A DNA stretch of 64,000 nt from Octopus sinensis (GCF_006345805.1 NC_043000.1:10478001-10542000); one strand, 5' to 3'. Positions 24,296-64,000 are shown, counted from the first letter of the stretch. Translations and numbers: made by a program. Notes: generated by a model from the sequence alone, not told the origin.

Positions 24296-25929
24296 TCTCT
24301 TATTATAAAAGGCAGATTTTATCTGCCTCCCTTTGTAACTTATAGAAATCTACAATATAGGATTTCTTCAATTACAATTTACCTAGCACTTTTTAAGAGT
24401 AGAATGCATCAGGTCATGCCAGGCCCAGTTTTTAAAATTTAAACTCCAATTAAGCAAAATTTACAGAAAACTCACATTCTGGTGTGTATGTCAAATGCTT
24501 TTCTTAATGTGGTTTACACCACACGCACACGCACACACACAGTGTGCAACGAATAAAATGAAAGTAAATAGCGACAGAGTGATTTGAGGAAGACTAAACT
24601 GAAAGTATTTAAACCACTACTCAAAAAATAAAAAAACACAGCAAACAGAAACAAATAAATACATAACGATTTACTCCTCACACAATTTCTTCAATTAGAG
24701 TGTACCCATGATTTTTCAGAGTACTTCAGTGGGTGATGCCATAAAAAATTTCTTTCAATTTTACCACCAATTAAGACAAAATTCGAGAAAACTCAATATT
24801 TTAACATTTCACTCCGAAAGCATTGATGTACATGTGTGCGTGCGTGAGTGTGTGTGTGTCATTCCTCACACACACGCATACACATACATATATGAGAGTG
24901 GCAAACACAAACGTTTCAAACAACTACATACAAACACGTGTGTGTTTGTTATTAGTAAAAAAGGCGCCAAAACACAACTCACTTATCATTCCAACACATT
25001 TGCAAAGACACATGGACGGTGGAATTGCTATAACAATACAGAAAAGGTAAATTGGTTTTTATTTTACTCTGTATATATTTTATTATATAATATTATATAT
25101 AGATATATGTATATATAATTGCAGTATGAAACAGTGTTTATGTATAAACAGACGACACTTATATATAGTTATTATAATAAGAGATTAATAAATGTATGCA
25201 TCCGTTTAACCCTTTCGTTACCAAGCCGCCCGAATTTACCTATTCATATTTAAATGAGAATATCAGAGTAAATCTCTTTAGTACATTCGTGAAAACACGT
25301 ATTATACTTCGTAAACACTTCAACTACAGTTTTGTACAAAAATCGAAGTGTAATTTTAATTCCGTGAATTATGGGAGATTTTTTTCCGAAATTTGTTCCT
25401 ATTGTGTTTTCAAAATTTGTAATTCTGACAAAAAATGGATACGAATTTCATTATATCAAGCAGCGAGTCAGAATTCAAAGGATTTTCTACTGAAGACCTT
25501 CATAAATCTAACTCTATGACTGAAAAAAAAAAGCATCTTTATATAAGAGTGAAGTTGTGTGTCTGTCTCCTACGATTTAGATTCCTAACTACTCCCACAT
25601 TTTGCGGTGCAGTTTAACCAAAACCGGGTATCTTATAGTCGTGATTCATATCGAGCCCTTCTGGGTATTAGCGTGTGTCTACAATGAGTCTACGATTTTA
25701 AAAAAATTTACCATCATATTTTTCCATTTTAATGCATTTTTTTCGCTTTTATATAAGGGAAGTAACTCTCTAAAAATATCTACGATGTGTCAACAATTAA
25801 AAAAAAATTTACCTTAATTTTTTTTCAATTTTTAATGCATTTTTTTGCTATTTTTTGGCTATAACTCTCTAAAAATGCTTATATAGTTATTTCCCTTACA
25901 ACCCGAGCAACGCCGGGCGATACTGCTAG
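24296..25929 (+). mobile_element. Non-autonomous Helitron, copy 1 (1634 bp)
   Basis: A|TC 5' end; 3' hairpin CCCGAGCAACGCCGGG then CGATACTG CTAG|T; inserted at an AT dinucleotide with no TSD. Confidence 0.85.
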
Positions 25930-26053
25930 TCCTCTAATAAATATGAATTTCTTTAATGTTTTACTTCAAGGAAAAGTTTCCTATATTGTACCTGCAATTA
26001 ACAACTTCACTTTTGTCTTAGCCAAAAAGTCAATTAATACAAATTCTACTTAT

Positions 26054-26432
26054 AGGCGCAGGAGTGGCTGTGTGGTAAGTAGCTTGCTAACCAACCACAT
26101 GGTTCAGTCCCACTGCGTGGCATCTTGGGCAAGTGTCTTCTGCTATAGCCTCGGGCCGACCAATGCCTTGTGAGTGGATTTGGTAGATGGAAACTGAAAG
26201 AAGCCTGTTGTATATATTTATATATATATATGTGTGTGTGTGTTTGTCCCCCTAGCATTGCTTGACAACCGATGCTGGTGTGTTTACGTTCCCGTCACTT
26301 AGCGGTTCGGCAAAAGAGACCGATAGAATAAGTACTGGGCTTACAAAGAATAAGTCCCGGGGTCGATTTGCTCGATTAAAGGCGGTGCTCCAGCATGGCC
26401 GCAGTCAAATGACTGAAACAAGTAAAAGAGTA
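26054..26432 (+). mobile_element. SINE family A, full length
   Basis: GGCGCAGGAGTGGCTGTGTGGTAAG..TTGGGCAAGTGTC..(TG)n..GACTGAAACAAGTAAAAGAGTA. Confidence 0.88.
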
Positions 26433-26462
26433 TAATATTAGTATTTAAAGTATTATAATCCA

Positions 26463-28077
26463 CTAGCAGTATCGCCCGGCGTTGCTTGGGTTGTAAGGGA
26501 AATAACTATATAAGCATTTTTAGAGAGTTATAGCCAAAAAATAGCAAAAAAATGCATTAAAAATTGAAAAAAAATTAAGGTAAATTTTTTTTTAAATCGT
26601 TGACACATCGTAGATATTTTTAGAGAGTTACTTCCCTTATATAAAAGCGAAAAAATGCATTAAAATGGAAAAATATGATGGTAAATTTTTTTTAAATCGT
26701 AGACTCATCGTAGACGCACGCTAATACCCAGAAGGGCTCGATATGAATCACGACTATAAGATACCCGGTTTTGGTTAAACTGCACCGCAAAATGTGGGAG
26801 TAGTTAGGAATCTAAATCGTAGGAGACAGACACACAACTTCACTCTTATATAAAGATGCTTTTTTTTTTCAGTCATAGAGTTAGATTTATGAAGGTCTTC
26901 AGTAGAAAATCCTTTGAATTCTGACTCGCTGCTTGATATAATGAAATTCGTATCCATTTTTTGTCAGAATTACAAATTTTGAAAACACAATAGGAACAAA
27001 TTTCGGAAAAAAATCTCCCATATTTCACGGAATTAAAATTACACTTCGATTTTTGTACAAAACTGTATTTGAAGTGTTTACGAAGTATAATACGTGTTTT
27101 CACGAATGTACTAAAGAGATTTACTCTGATATTCTCATTTAAATATGAATAGGTAAATTCGGGCGGCTTGGTAACGAAAGGGTTAAACGGATGCATACAT
27201 TTATTAATCTCTTATTATAATAACTATATATAAGTGTCGTCTGTTTATACATAAACACTGTTTCATACTGCAATTATATATACATATATCTATATATAAT
27301 ATTATATAATAAAATATATACAGAGTAAAATAAAAACCAATTTACCTTTTCTGTATTGTTATAGCAATTCCACCGTCCGTGTGTCTTTGCAAATGTGTTG
27401 GAATGATAAGTGAGTTGTGTTTTGGCGCCTTTTTTACTAATAACAAACACACACGTGTTTGTATGTAGTTGTATGTAGTTGTATATGTATGTGTATGCGT
27501 GTGTGTGAGGAATGACGCACACACACTCACGCACGCACACATGTACATCAATGCTTTCGGAGTGAAATGTTAAAATATTGAGTTTTCTCGAATTTTGTCT
27601 TAATTGGTGGTAAAATTGAAAGAAATTTTTTATGGCATCACCCACTGAAGTACTCTGAAAAATCATGGGTACACTCTAATTGAAGAAATTGTGTGAGGAG
27701 TAAATCGTTATGTATTTATTTGTTTCTGTTTGCTGTGTTTTTTTATTTTTTGAGTAGTGGTTTAAATACTTTCAGTTTAGTCTTCCTCAAATCACTCTGT
27801 CGCTATTTACTTTCATTTTATTCGTTGCACACTGTGTGTGTGCGTTTGCGTGTGCTGTAAACCAGACTAAGAAAAGCATTTGACATACACACCAGAATGT
27901 GAGTTTTCTGTAAATTTTGCTTAATTGGAGTTTAAATTTTAAAAACTGGACCTGGCATGACCCGATGCATTCTACTCTTAAAAATGCTAGGTAAATTGTA
28001 ATTGAAGAAATCCTATATTGTAGATTTCTATAAGTTACAAAGGGAGGCAGATAAAATCTGCCTTTTATAATAAGAGA
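26463..28077 (-). mobile_element. Non-autonomous Helitron, copy 2 (1615 bp), inverted relative to copy 1
   Basis: Reverse complement of 24296-25929 with the same TC..CTAG ends and an AT target. The mirrored ORFs in the track are identical or nearly so. Confidence 0.85.
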
Positions 28078-28114
28078 TAATGTTGTAAGTAGTATTTCAC
28101 GCCGCACACAGTAT

Positions 28115-28760
28115 TTAACCCTTTTGTTTCCATATTTGTATTGAAATATACTGCTTTGTTTCAGTTAATTTCAAAAATAATGAAGAACTAGCACTATGAC
28201 TCAGCGTTGCCGTGTCTAGTGCTAGTCAAGCATATTTGTTCTTTCATGAAAATCCCGCTCTCTTGTCATTCACTTGGTCTAACTCGTTAATTATTCCCTG
28301 GATTTCTCAAATCAAAAAAGCGTGCACCTTTGAAAGCCAAAACACATGATAATGTGTCTTTGCAAAACACAAAAATGCACTGAGTCATACAGACTGTCTG
28401 CAAATATGCACGCGCATTCAACTGTTGGGCATAAGGGGTCGGTTTATTGATTTTTTAATGGCTTTCTCGGGTGACTGGGGAAATGAAAAAAACTTCATGA
28501 CCACCCTCAGACAGTTTTGAAAGCCCATAGAAAATGCAAGCCTTTTACGTGAAAAACTGTGGATTTGTATAAAGGACACAGATACACGGACATTTTGCCG
28601 TTTATAGATATAAAGATTTAGTAAAATAAAAATTGGCATAAATCTGGTGTTTGGAATATGAATTACCATGAAATTTTGGTTCAAGGTTTTAATTTAGATC
28701 TCTTTAAAACAAAATCTGTATCATAGAGTTAGTGGTGGCAGGTTGATGCCAAAAGGTTAA
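28115..28760. mobile_element. piggyBac-like MITE (TTAA-CCCTTT .. AAAGG-TTAA) hosting the short Helitron
   Basis: TTAACCCTTTT at the left and AAAAGGTTAA at the right; related fragments at about 17550-17685, 39900-40175 and 50490-50712. Confidence 0.55.
28188..28616 (-). mobile_element. Short non-autonomous Helitron (429 bp) nested in a TTAA-flanked MITE
   Basis: Minus strand A|TCTTTATATCTATAAAC .. GACACGGCAACGCTGAGTC ATAGTG CTAG|T. It splits the host repeat at GAAGAA|TTTAGTAAAA, which is contiguous (in reverse) at about 17620-17645. Confidence 0.78.
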
Positions 28761-30587
28761 AAGAAGCAAGTTGAAAAACAGTCAATAAATATTCCTAATA
28801 TAAAAATAACACAGATATTACTGGTTTGTGAAATGAAAGTTTATTTGTTGAAATACAGAAAGCAGATCTGGTAAAAGTGGAAAACTTATATATAAATTGC
28901 TTTTAATCATCACACAATTTTGGAATGTAATAGAATTCTATAAAAGTGAAATATTTGCACAATCCTACACATATGTGTACAATACAAATTAAGATCCATA
29001 TAACCAGCTGTTGCTATAGATCTTCCATATCACATCTATTTCAATAAAATTTATTCATAAAAATTGATAAGCAGTTTAAAAAAAAATATCCACAATATAT
29101 TTGAGGGAAAGTACCTCAAGGAAACATTCTGCAAACTAAATACTCATATAGTAGGGACTTACCTATGTAATATAGGAATTATTTTAATAAATTTTAATGG
29201 GATTATGTATGCAATTAATAGATTAAAAATCCTTCATGGGGTGGGGGAGTGCCTACATTCTAACAATATGAAACAAGGAAAATAAATCCATCAACAGCAC
29301 TAACAGAAGATTTTGGAAAATAAAGTCGATGCAGAGGGGAATGAATTCTTTTGTCTTTAAAGTGAATTGCTGTTTTAATCTTAGAGCTCCTCAGTAAAAT
29401 ATATTCTACTCAGTTTGCAAAACAAACATGATCAATAATAATAATAATCTTTTCTACTATAGGCACAAGGCCTGAAATTTTGGGGAGGGGTATAAGTTGA
29501 TTACATCGACCCCCAGTACTCAACTGGTACTTATTTTATTGACCCTGAAAGGATGAGAAGCAAAGTCAACTTTGGCGGAATTTGAACTCAAAATGTAAAG
29601 ATGGACGAAATGCCACTGAGCATTAATAACAACACCAGCAACAACAATAATAATAATGATGATGATAATAATTAATAATAATAATAATGACTTCTTTTAC
29701 TTACCACCAGGGCAAATAATAACAATAAAATCTCTCTCAAAAAATATCACTATGTATTGATTGTTCAAAGTCACAAGTATACATGTATACATGTCTATAA
29801 ATCAGATGCTAATTAGTATCGTCATCTTCATCATTATAGTTTTTGCTATTGAATAAAAATAATTGACATTTGTAAAAATTATGAAATATATTTAGGATTT
29901 GTTATAACCAAATAAGAATTGGACGGATTATATTTTGGTGTTCTGAGTAACTTCAGAACACTTGTAGCATTGTTAATCTTTTAATACACACACACACACT
30001 GTTTTATTTATATATTTGATTTTGATTTTTTTTAGTGTAATTATTGTTTCTTTTCACCATATGTGCCTATAAATTATTCCTAGAATGTTAATTACTGAAC
30101 TGTATAATCTAGCAAATAATAATTGGAGTTAAATAATCACTGTCAACTGCAGATAGCAATATTAATTATCTGATTGCTTAGTTTAATCATGAAAACATTA
30201 TTAAAATTTATATAAATTCACATATGTGTACATACATAAATGAATACACTTATATTCACTCACAGACAAATGAACACACACATATGTATGTATGTATGTA
30301 TGTATGCCTGCCTGCATATATATAAGTATACACAGACATACCTAAACATATGTAAAGATATTATAAACAAATAATTTCACACTACATCCTCCTGTCTTGT
30401 AGCCAACAAACCTGTAACATGGACTTATGTGTATTATAACACAAATTTTTTTCCCGAACATCTGTTTTGGGGTATAATAGAACATATAGTGTTCTAACTT
30501 AATAGTTATATGTCATGTGCTTTTTTATAGGTACTTTATAAAACATTATATATATGTGTGTGTGTGAATACATATACCCACACAATA

Positions 30588-30675
<88 letters not shown>

Positions 30676-30984
30676 GCATAAAATTTAACAAATTTGAATA
30701 TGCATACAAAGTAACATACATACAAACTAGCATACATATGCACATAAAACTAATTTTCATACAAAGTCTATCTATTATTGGTTAATTTATTGGAATATTT
30801 TTAATTTTCCACTACCTTTCTTTTCTATATAATTAAACTATGACTACTGTTTTATTTATTTTCACAACATTCACTTTTATCAAAATATATCTCTGAAGTC
30901 TTCACCAATTTTTCAATTATCAGCATGATTTAAAATATTTCCTGTTATCAAAGAAATATCACAAAGTACTAACAAAAACAATTG

Positions 30985-31319
30985 CCACATAACAGTCACC
31001 TGTTCACATGCTCACATAATAATTACTTGTTCATATGTTCACATAATAATCACCTGTTCACATAACAATCACCTGTTCACATGTTCACATAACAGTCACC
31101 TGTTCACATAATAATCATCTGTTCATATGTTCACTTAATTATCACCTGTTCACATAATAATCACCTGTTCACATAACAATTAGCTGTTCACAGGTTTACG
31201 TAATAATCACCTGTTCACATGTTCACATAATAATCACCTGTTCACATAGTCACATAATAATCACATGTTCACAAAATAATCACCTGTTCACATAATAATC
31301 ACCTGTTCACATGTTCACA
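30985..31319. repeat. Minisatellite, about 14 units of AATAATCACCTGTTCACAT with optional GTTCACAT
   Basis: Direct observation of alternating 19- and 27-bp units. Confidence 0.92.
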
Positions 31320-34132
31320 GCATCATCTTTGTTTTCCAGGCATGCAGCATCCATGCAATGTATTACACATCATGTCCTATGTATATATCCTATATTACAT
31401 TTGTCAAATATTTCATGCAAACAGAATTTTAGTATCAAATACCTAAATATTTCAATGTTCTCATTTACCTTAAAATAAAATATTTAATGGCAATCAGGGA
31501 TCAATCTGACTGAGACACAGTGTTTGTATAATTAATAAAATATCATAATTCTAAAGATGTGGTCAACAGTCAAGAAAATTATGATCTTACAGTTAAAGCA
31601 TTTATCTTCTATATGACATACAGTCAATTATTCTATACCCTACACAACTCTTACACGGCAACAGTTTTCATCACTTTGGCTACCATCATTTCTTATCTTA
31701 TGTAACACAGTCAAATTATACATCTGAATTGAATAATCAGTAAACTACAAGAGTTAAGGCAACACTACTATGCATTGGTGACAATGATACACAACAGTAG
31801 TTCTCACTTTTCTTCTTTTTTTTTGGGCAATATAATTATATAAATAACATCCAAGTGAAATGACAATGATGAACTATTAATAAAAAAGGAAACAAAGAGA
31901 AAAACCATGATAAAAATCATAAAAAGAAAACAAACAAATAACAATAGCTAGTTAGAGAAACAATATTGTCTGTCTACATGAAACCTACTCTAAATAGTTC
32001 ACAACACTAATGACATTGAATACTCACTCATAAAACTGATAATTAATGAATTTGAATGGGAAAAAAATTAAAGTGAGGAATTCATCAGAAGAACATACAG
32101 GATACATGTTTGCTGGGTTTTGATTGTTCATATAATACAACTGAATATATAATTATTTGTTATATCTGAAAAAAAAAATTATGGGGTTCAATAAACTCTT
32201 TTTTTTTTCTCATATACAATTTAATACTGGCTGCTTCCCACCATCTCTCTTTTCTTCTAATTATGTCATTTTGGTGTCTGGAAACAAAATTGATTATGCA
32301 CATACACTGAAAAGTACATGCATGATTGAATTGATGATATATAATTTTTTTGATTCTCAAAATTTCTTTATAGATTCAATTAATCTTGTTGTTTGTATAT
32401 ATTTTGTAAGGAGGTAAGTTATATGTAGTAGAGGTACATAATTTCCTTGTAAGCTATGTCTAATTAGATTTCAATTCACAGTTGGTGATATTTCACTTCA
32501 TTTATATTACCAATGTCCTTTGGAAAAGGCATTCATGGTTCAACATCGCAACTCAACATACACAGACACTGCTTCACTTCTGTATTGATATGAATAGTAT
32601 TTCCTGGATTTGATAGAGGAAAATGATTCCTCAATCAAGTATATAATTTTAATTTGGTCATGAGTATTATCACAGAATTATATAAGTTTTCCAGTGGAGA
32701 GATCAAGTTGATTCGGTTAAATATAGTATACTACTAGTACATATTTTATTGATTGTAGAGAAATTAATGGCAGTCTCTCTACTCTTATGGCCTTCTCCAT
32801 CATTTAGATGCTTAAAATTAGGAATTTTCTAAAAAATACCTGGCATATTGTAGTGACAAGAAGAACAAAATTTATAGCGTTTATACCTTTACCAAAGGTA
32901 TTAAAGATATAAGGAAGCAGTTCCAACAAGAAAACAATTTAATTTACTGAGAATTACTCATTCCCACCACAAAAATTTTAAATAATAATTTACTATTGAC
33001 TAGGCACAAAGATTTTAAATGTTGCAGACCATGAATTTAATTTAATCCTGCCGTCATAAAAGTTAATGTTTACCTAGCTTCAGTTTCAAGTTCCTTACAA
33101 AAATTTAAACTCAAAACTGAATGGAGACAAATTTAGATACTGCAATGCATATGAATTAATACCTCCTACATAGGGATTTACAATACTCAAAAGTTTCATT
33201 TAAATAATGTCAATTTGAAATCTACTGACATTTTGACTTGAGGTATATTTGTGTTAAATCTTCCCTGTTATCTCAAAAGACAGGAAATATTCATTCTCAA
33301 TATTTCAGATACATCATCATTTCACACATAATGAAAAATAATAGTTGTTGTCCAGAACCAACAGACTTATAATCAAAGGCGTTTTAGCCAAGACCATCAC
33401 ATTTTTTTTTATTCAGGCAGTGTATCTAAGACTACATTATCCAATGTGTCCTTTTTAAGATGATAGAGTGTGGCTTAAGAGAGATTAGCTGATATTTCTT
33501 GCAGATCAAAAGAATATATAGAGGCTATCTTATTAACTCACATGATTACAGTTCTTAGATAAATGATTTATGATACTTTATAAAACTAAATATCAACAAC
33601 TAACCTCAAACAATTCTTTTTACAATGTAAAATATTCAGGATTTTTGTTTAAAGATATAGGAAAGAAATTATGAGAACAGCACAGCAACAAATACCTCAG
33701 CTAATATATTAATATTATAATATAATTCAATCTGTGTAGTCTTTAACAATCATGGTATTTAGAAATTGTAAGAAACAAAATGGTAAGAAAAATTACCCAA
33801 AAATACATCCATCAAAAACTGATCTAAGTGATCTATAGCACCAAAAACACTGGTATAACACCTTTACATATTCAGCAAATGTGATTCTATGTTTAAGTAA
33901 AATACTTCAACAACAACAGAATGGCAACAACAGACAGAAGTAAATGTATACATACTGAGATTATAGAAGTGCTACTGTAGTATAATCTGGTTATACTCAT
34001 TGAAATAACAGTAATGATACCATATAACTCTGACTCAAGTGCAGAAACAACAAACCTTCTATGCTGTGGAGATCATGGAGATCAGAAAGAAGCATATTAT
34101 AATAAATTCTGTCTTTGGTCTTTAAGAAGATT

Positions 34133-60648
<26,516 letters not shown>

Positions 60649-61898
60649 TTAAGATTAGTCAAAGGTTATATGACAACTTAGTGAAAATATACACAATAAA
60701 TAACTGCATATGATTCTGTAATTCTGTTTCTCTAATCTTAATTTTATATTGCTTGAATTGTTATCTGGAATGAGGTATATTTGTTATCAGTATTTTATGT
60801 AGTATTATATAGTAGTATATAATATTGGTTATAGTTTTCTATCAAACATTTTATGAGTAAATAAAGACATAAGATTATCCATATATGATATACAAACAAC
60901 TCCAATGAATGACATAACTTATATTGTTCTAGGTGAATTAACTATTCAGTAACCAATAAATGAATTGATATAAAGGAAATAACTTGAGTGGAACAATGAC
61001 ATGAATTTAAATAAATAAGTTAAAGGTGTTTTACTAAATACCATTCACAAAAAAAATTCTTAATTATTTAAAATTTACCTTTTTTTAGGAAAAAGAAAAC
61101 AAAAACAAATAGCAATTGTTAGCAAGTCTCAAAAATAGAGAGAAAATTTCAAAAGATTCAGAATTAATCTCATGTAATAAATTTGTGTGCCTAGGAGAAA
61201 GTCTGCTCTTTGTTCACGGGCTACAATTTGTATGGCTTCATTAACATAGTTTAGTTAATTGAAGCTCACCTGATAATGTGACAAAAATTTTCAGTACACC
61301 AAAAGTTCAGGTTACAAATTTGGCTAGAACTTCTATTACAATATCCATTGTTGTCTCTTGCCCACAAAGATCAGGCTTTCCTTCCTTAAAGCATATAGAC
61401 TAAGAAGTTTTGTCAATTCCTGTAGCTTATACTAAGCTTGATCAGTTGATAAAAATTAATCCACCATATTGACAATGTTTGATAAGACTAAAACATATTG
61501 TACTGTTTGAGTTACCAGAGTAAATGTTTGATCTACAAATGTAAATGTCTGGAGTTGGCGTATTGTGGAGAAGAGTGAGAATGAAGTGTACCTTGGAAGG
61601 AATGACTGATATTTAAAAATATAACCTGCCCCTACCTTTTCTCTATTTTATAATAGAACTTAGAAGGATGAATTATGGACAGAAAGGTCAAGAAAGTGCA
61701 GAGCAATACTTCTGATTGCTCAATTCCAAATTTAAAAAAAGGACTTTCCAATTGTGACCTTACACTCAAAAAATAATTCTATATTAAAAACTAAAACAAA
61801 ATTGAGACAAATGTTTAGCCCTTATTTATTTCATATAACTTACTAAACTTTAGATGACATTGCCCAAGTACTTAAATAAATATTGTTTGGTATAACTA

Positions 61899-62200
61899 CA
61901 GTAGTGTGTCCCACTCCCAACTTTGTTTCCCCATAACTTTCTTTAAAATGTTTTTCTAATGAAATTTTTCAGAGATACATTTTAGATTGTGTCAATTATG
62001 ATTGTTTGTTGGGGAAAAACTTAGAAAAAAATTTGCTTTGGAGGATCATTCCCTGCCCCCACTGGACATCTTTTAGTTAAATGCACATCTTTTAGTGAAA
62101 TTTTCCAAAGGTATGTTTTCAATAGTGTAGATTACAATTATCTACATAAAATTTGAAAAAAAATTGCTTACAAGAGAAAAGTTGATGGGGCACACTTTTG
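61899..62200. mobile_element. TA-flanked MITE
   Basis: Imperfect TIRs CAGTAGTGTGTCCCAC..CAACTTT / AAAGTTGATGGGGCACACTTTTG. Confidence 0.55.
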
Positions 62201-62516
62201 TAGACACTTAATGAATGCCTACACGAATATGGCTTGACCAATCAGCATTGACTGACTTGTTACAGTTGATCAGATGAATTTCAAAGGAAATGAGTGTGTT
62301 TTTCTACCAAATAGTTTAGTTGAAGGTTCTGGAAACTTTTGCTTGCAGTCATAAAAAGTCGGTGCATTTCATCTCAGACTAGAACCATTCAGCAATCCAC
62401 ACAAAGCTGTCTCTCTGCTAAAGTAAGTTGATCTTTCTCCCACTTTCATTTTTCTTACTTAACATGCTAGTATTGTATTCAATAAAAATCTACCAACCTT
62501 GACTATAGTGTCAAAT

Positions 62517-62550
<34 letters not shown>

Positions 62551-62926
62551 TACAAGCATACACATTGCTTAAATACAATAATTTAAACTCTTTCTATTTA
62601 TTTTGTTATCAATAACTATGAACTACTTTCATAATATCATCTCACCATAATATTATAGAAGTAATATTAAAGAAAATTCGTTCCACTCTATTATTTTCTT
62701 TATTTCATGAATGTTGTTTCATTAAATTCTTGTTGTGTACAAATACAAATATAAATGATGTGACGTAATAAAAATGTAAGAAAATTTAAATAAAAATTAA
62801 TGTAGTTGTTCTTATTATCATATACAGTCTACTTAAAACTGTGTACTACCAATGAAGAATTAATGAATAAAACTCTGCACTAAAGTATTAGTCCTTCTGA
62901 CTCTCCTGTTTTCTTAATGCGACATT

Positions 62927-63626
62927 GGGATCTTTTCTGTTTGACTGTGCCTGTGGAAATTTTAAAGTTTGGTAAAAATTTTTAAATTTGGTGTATTGAT
63001 GTAATTTTCCACGCTGAATCTCAGAGGCTAATTCACTTTTTCCAGAAAATTAAAAAAAAAAGTTACAGAAGTTTAAAGTTTGATTATTTTTACCCAGTTG
63101 GAAAACAGGATTTGGAAGCTATCATTTTGTGTCTGACTGCACATGTTGTCAACTGTAAACAAATGAAATATTGGCAGAATTCTGCTTTATGCACGCCATA
63201 TATTTAATTTTTGGAATTTTCAGAAAATTTTTGTGAATTTGTATTCTATACGCGAGAATTCATACGATTATGCAAAAACTAACTAAAAATATCTTGGTGT
63301 GTGATATAAGGCTTATTTAACTATTAATTTTAACACATATCACGGTCCCTGTGTTTTATGCATTTTATAAGCGAAGAACGACCATGTGGGTAAGCAGCTC
63401 CGTAACAGCTTGGCTTGTTACTATGGACACAGGCAGCTATATGTCTGTGGCTTTCGACTGGCTAGAATTACCCAAAATTCCCAAACTTTAAAGTTATAAA
63501 CTTGTTATTTATAGATTTATAACAAAAATTAATTCCATACAAAACTACATCAACACATCAAATATGAAACCAATTGGAACAAAAATCGAAGAAATCGAAA
63601 AGTGGCAGCCAAACAGAAAGGATCCC
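62927..63626. mobile_element. 700-bp non-autonomous DNA transposon
   Basis: TIRs GGGATCTTTTCTGTTTGACTG / CAGCCAAACAGAAAGGATCCC; imperfect flanking duplication GACATT/GACACT. Confidence 0.65.
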
Positions 63627-64000
63627 GACACTACGTTAATGAATTGAAGACACTTATTCTGCGACCCTATAAATCTCGCGTGTATATTAATATTCAAACA
63701 ATGAATGTAACAACCTGAAAGAAAACCGTAGCTTTGTACAATTTTAACGGAGAAATTTTTAACTCGATGGAAAATGGGATGATTGAAAGTTACCCATAGG
63801 GCGGGAAAGGTGGGTTTGCAATACAATATCTTTTATTTATTAAAAGCACGTCGATCTAATAGTTTTTACAGCAAAAATTCGTGAATGTTCTTTCCTAAAC
63901 AATAAATTCTTTTCATGTACAAGCATTTATTAACAGAATAAAGTTGAAAGTTTCGTATTATGTTCAACTAGTATGTAAAATTCAAACTGAAGTTCTTTGC

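Noticed and set aside
24708-27666. Pairs of identical ORFs on opposite strands suggesting duplicated genes
   Set aside because: They are mirror images inside the two Helitron copies, with no recognisable domain or splice structure
30985-31319. Possible CRISPR-like repeat array
   Set aside because: The units are contiguous with no unique spacers, the context is eukaryotic, and there are no cas genes

Overview
AT-rich, repeat-dense eukaryotic genomic DNA, most likely from an octopus (inferred from its SINE families and microsatellite load). Two multi-exon genes converge tail to tail, and each lacks its 5' end in this window. KLHDC10 lies on + (9 coding exons, 3517-22328) and NAMPT lies on - (8 coding exons, 60630-34133). 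All exons were joined by hand through GT-AG sites with consistent phases. Between the genes sits a cluster of three non-autonomous Helitrons. Two of them are near-identical 1.6-kb copies in inverted orientation around a SINE. The introns contain dead mariner and DD41D transposons, several MITEs, and a foldback element. They also hold CR1, RTE, R4/Dong and Tx1-like LINE remnants, Penelope-type remnants with minimal hammerhead ribozyme motifs, an old inverted duplication, a perfect 27-bp hairpin, and a candidate recursive/poison splice site in NAMPT. I see no clear new protein-coding system. The most interesting signals are structural or RNA-level. Repeat coordinates are approximate unless termini are quoted.
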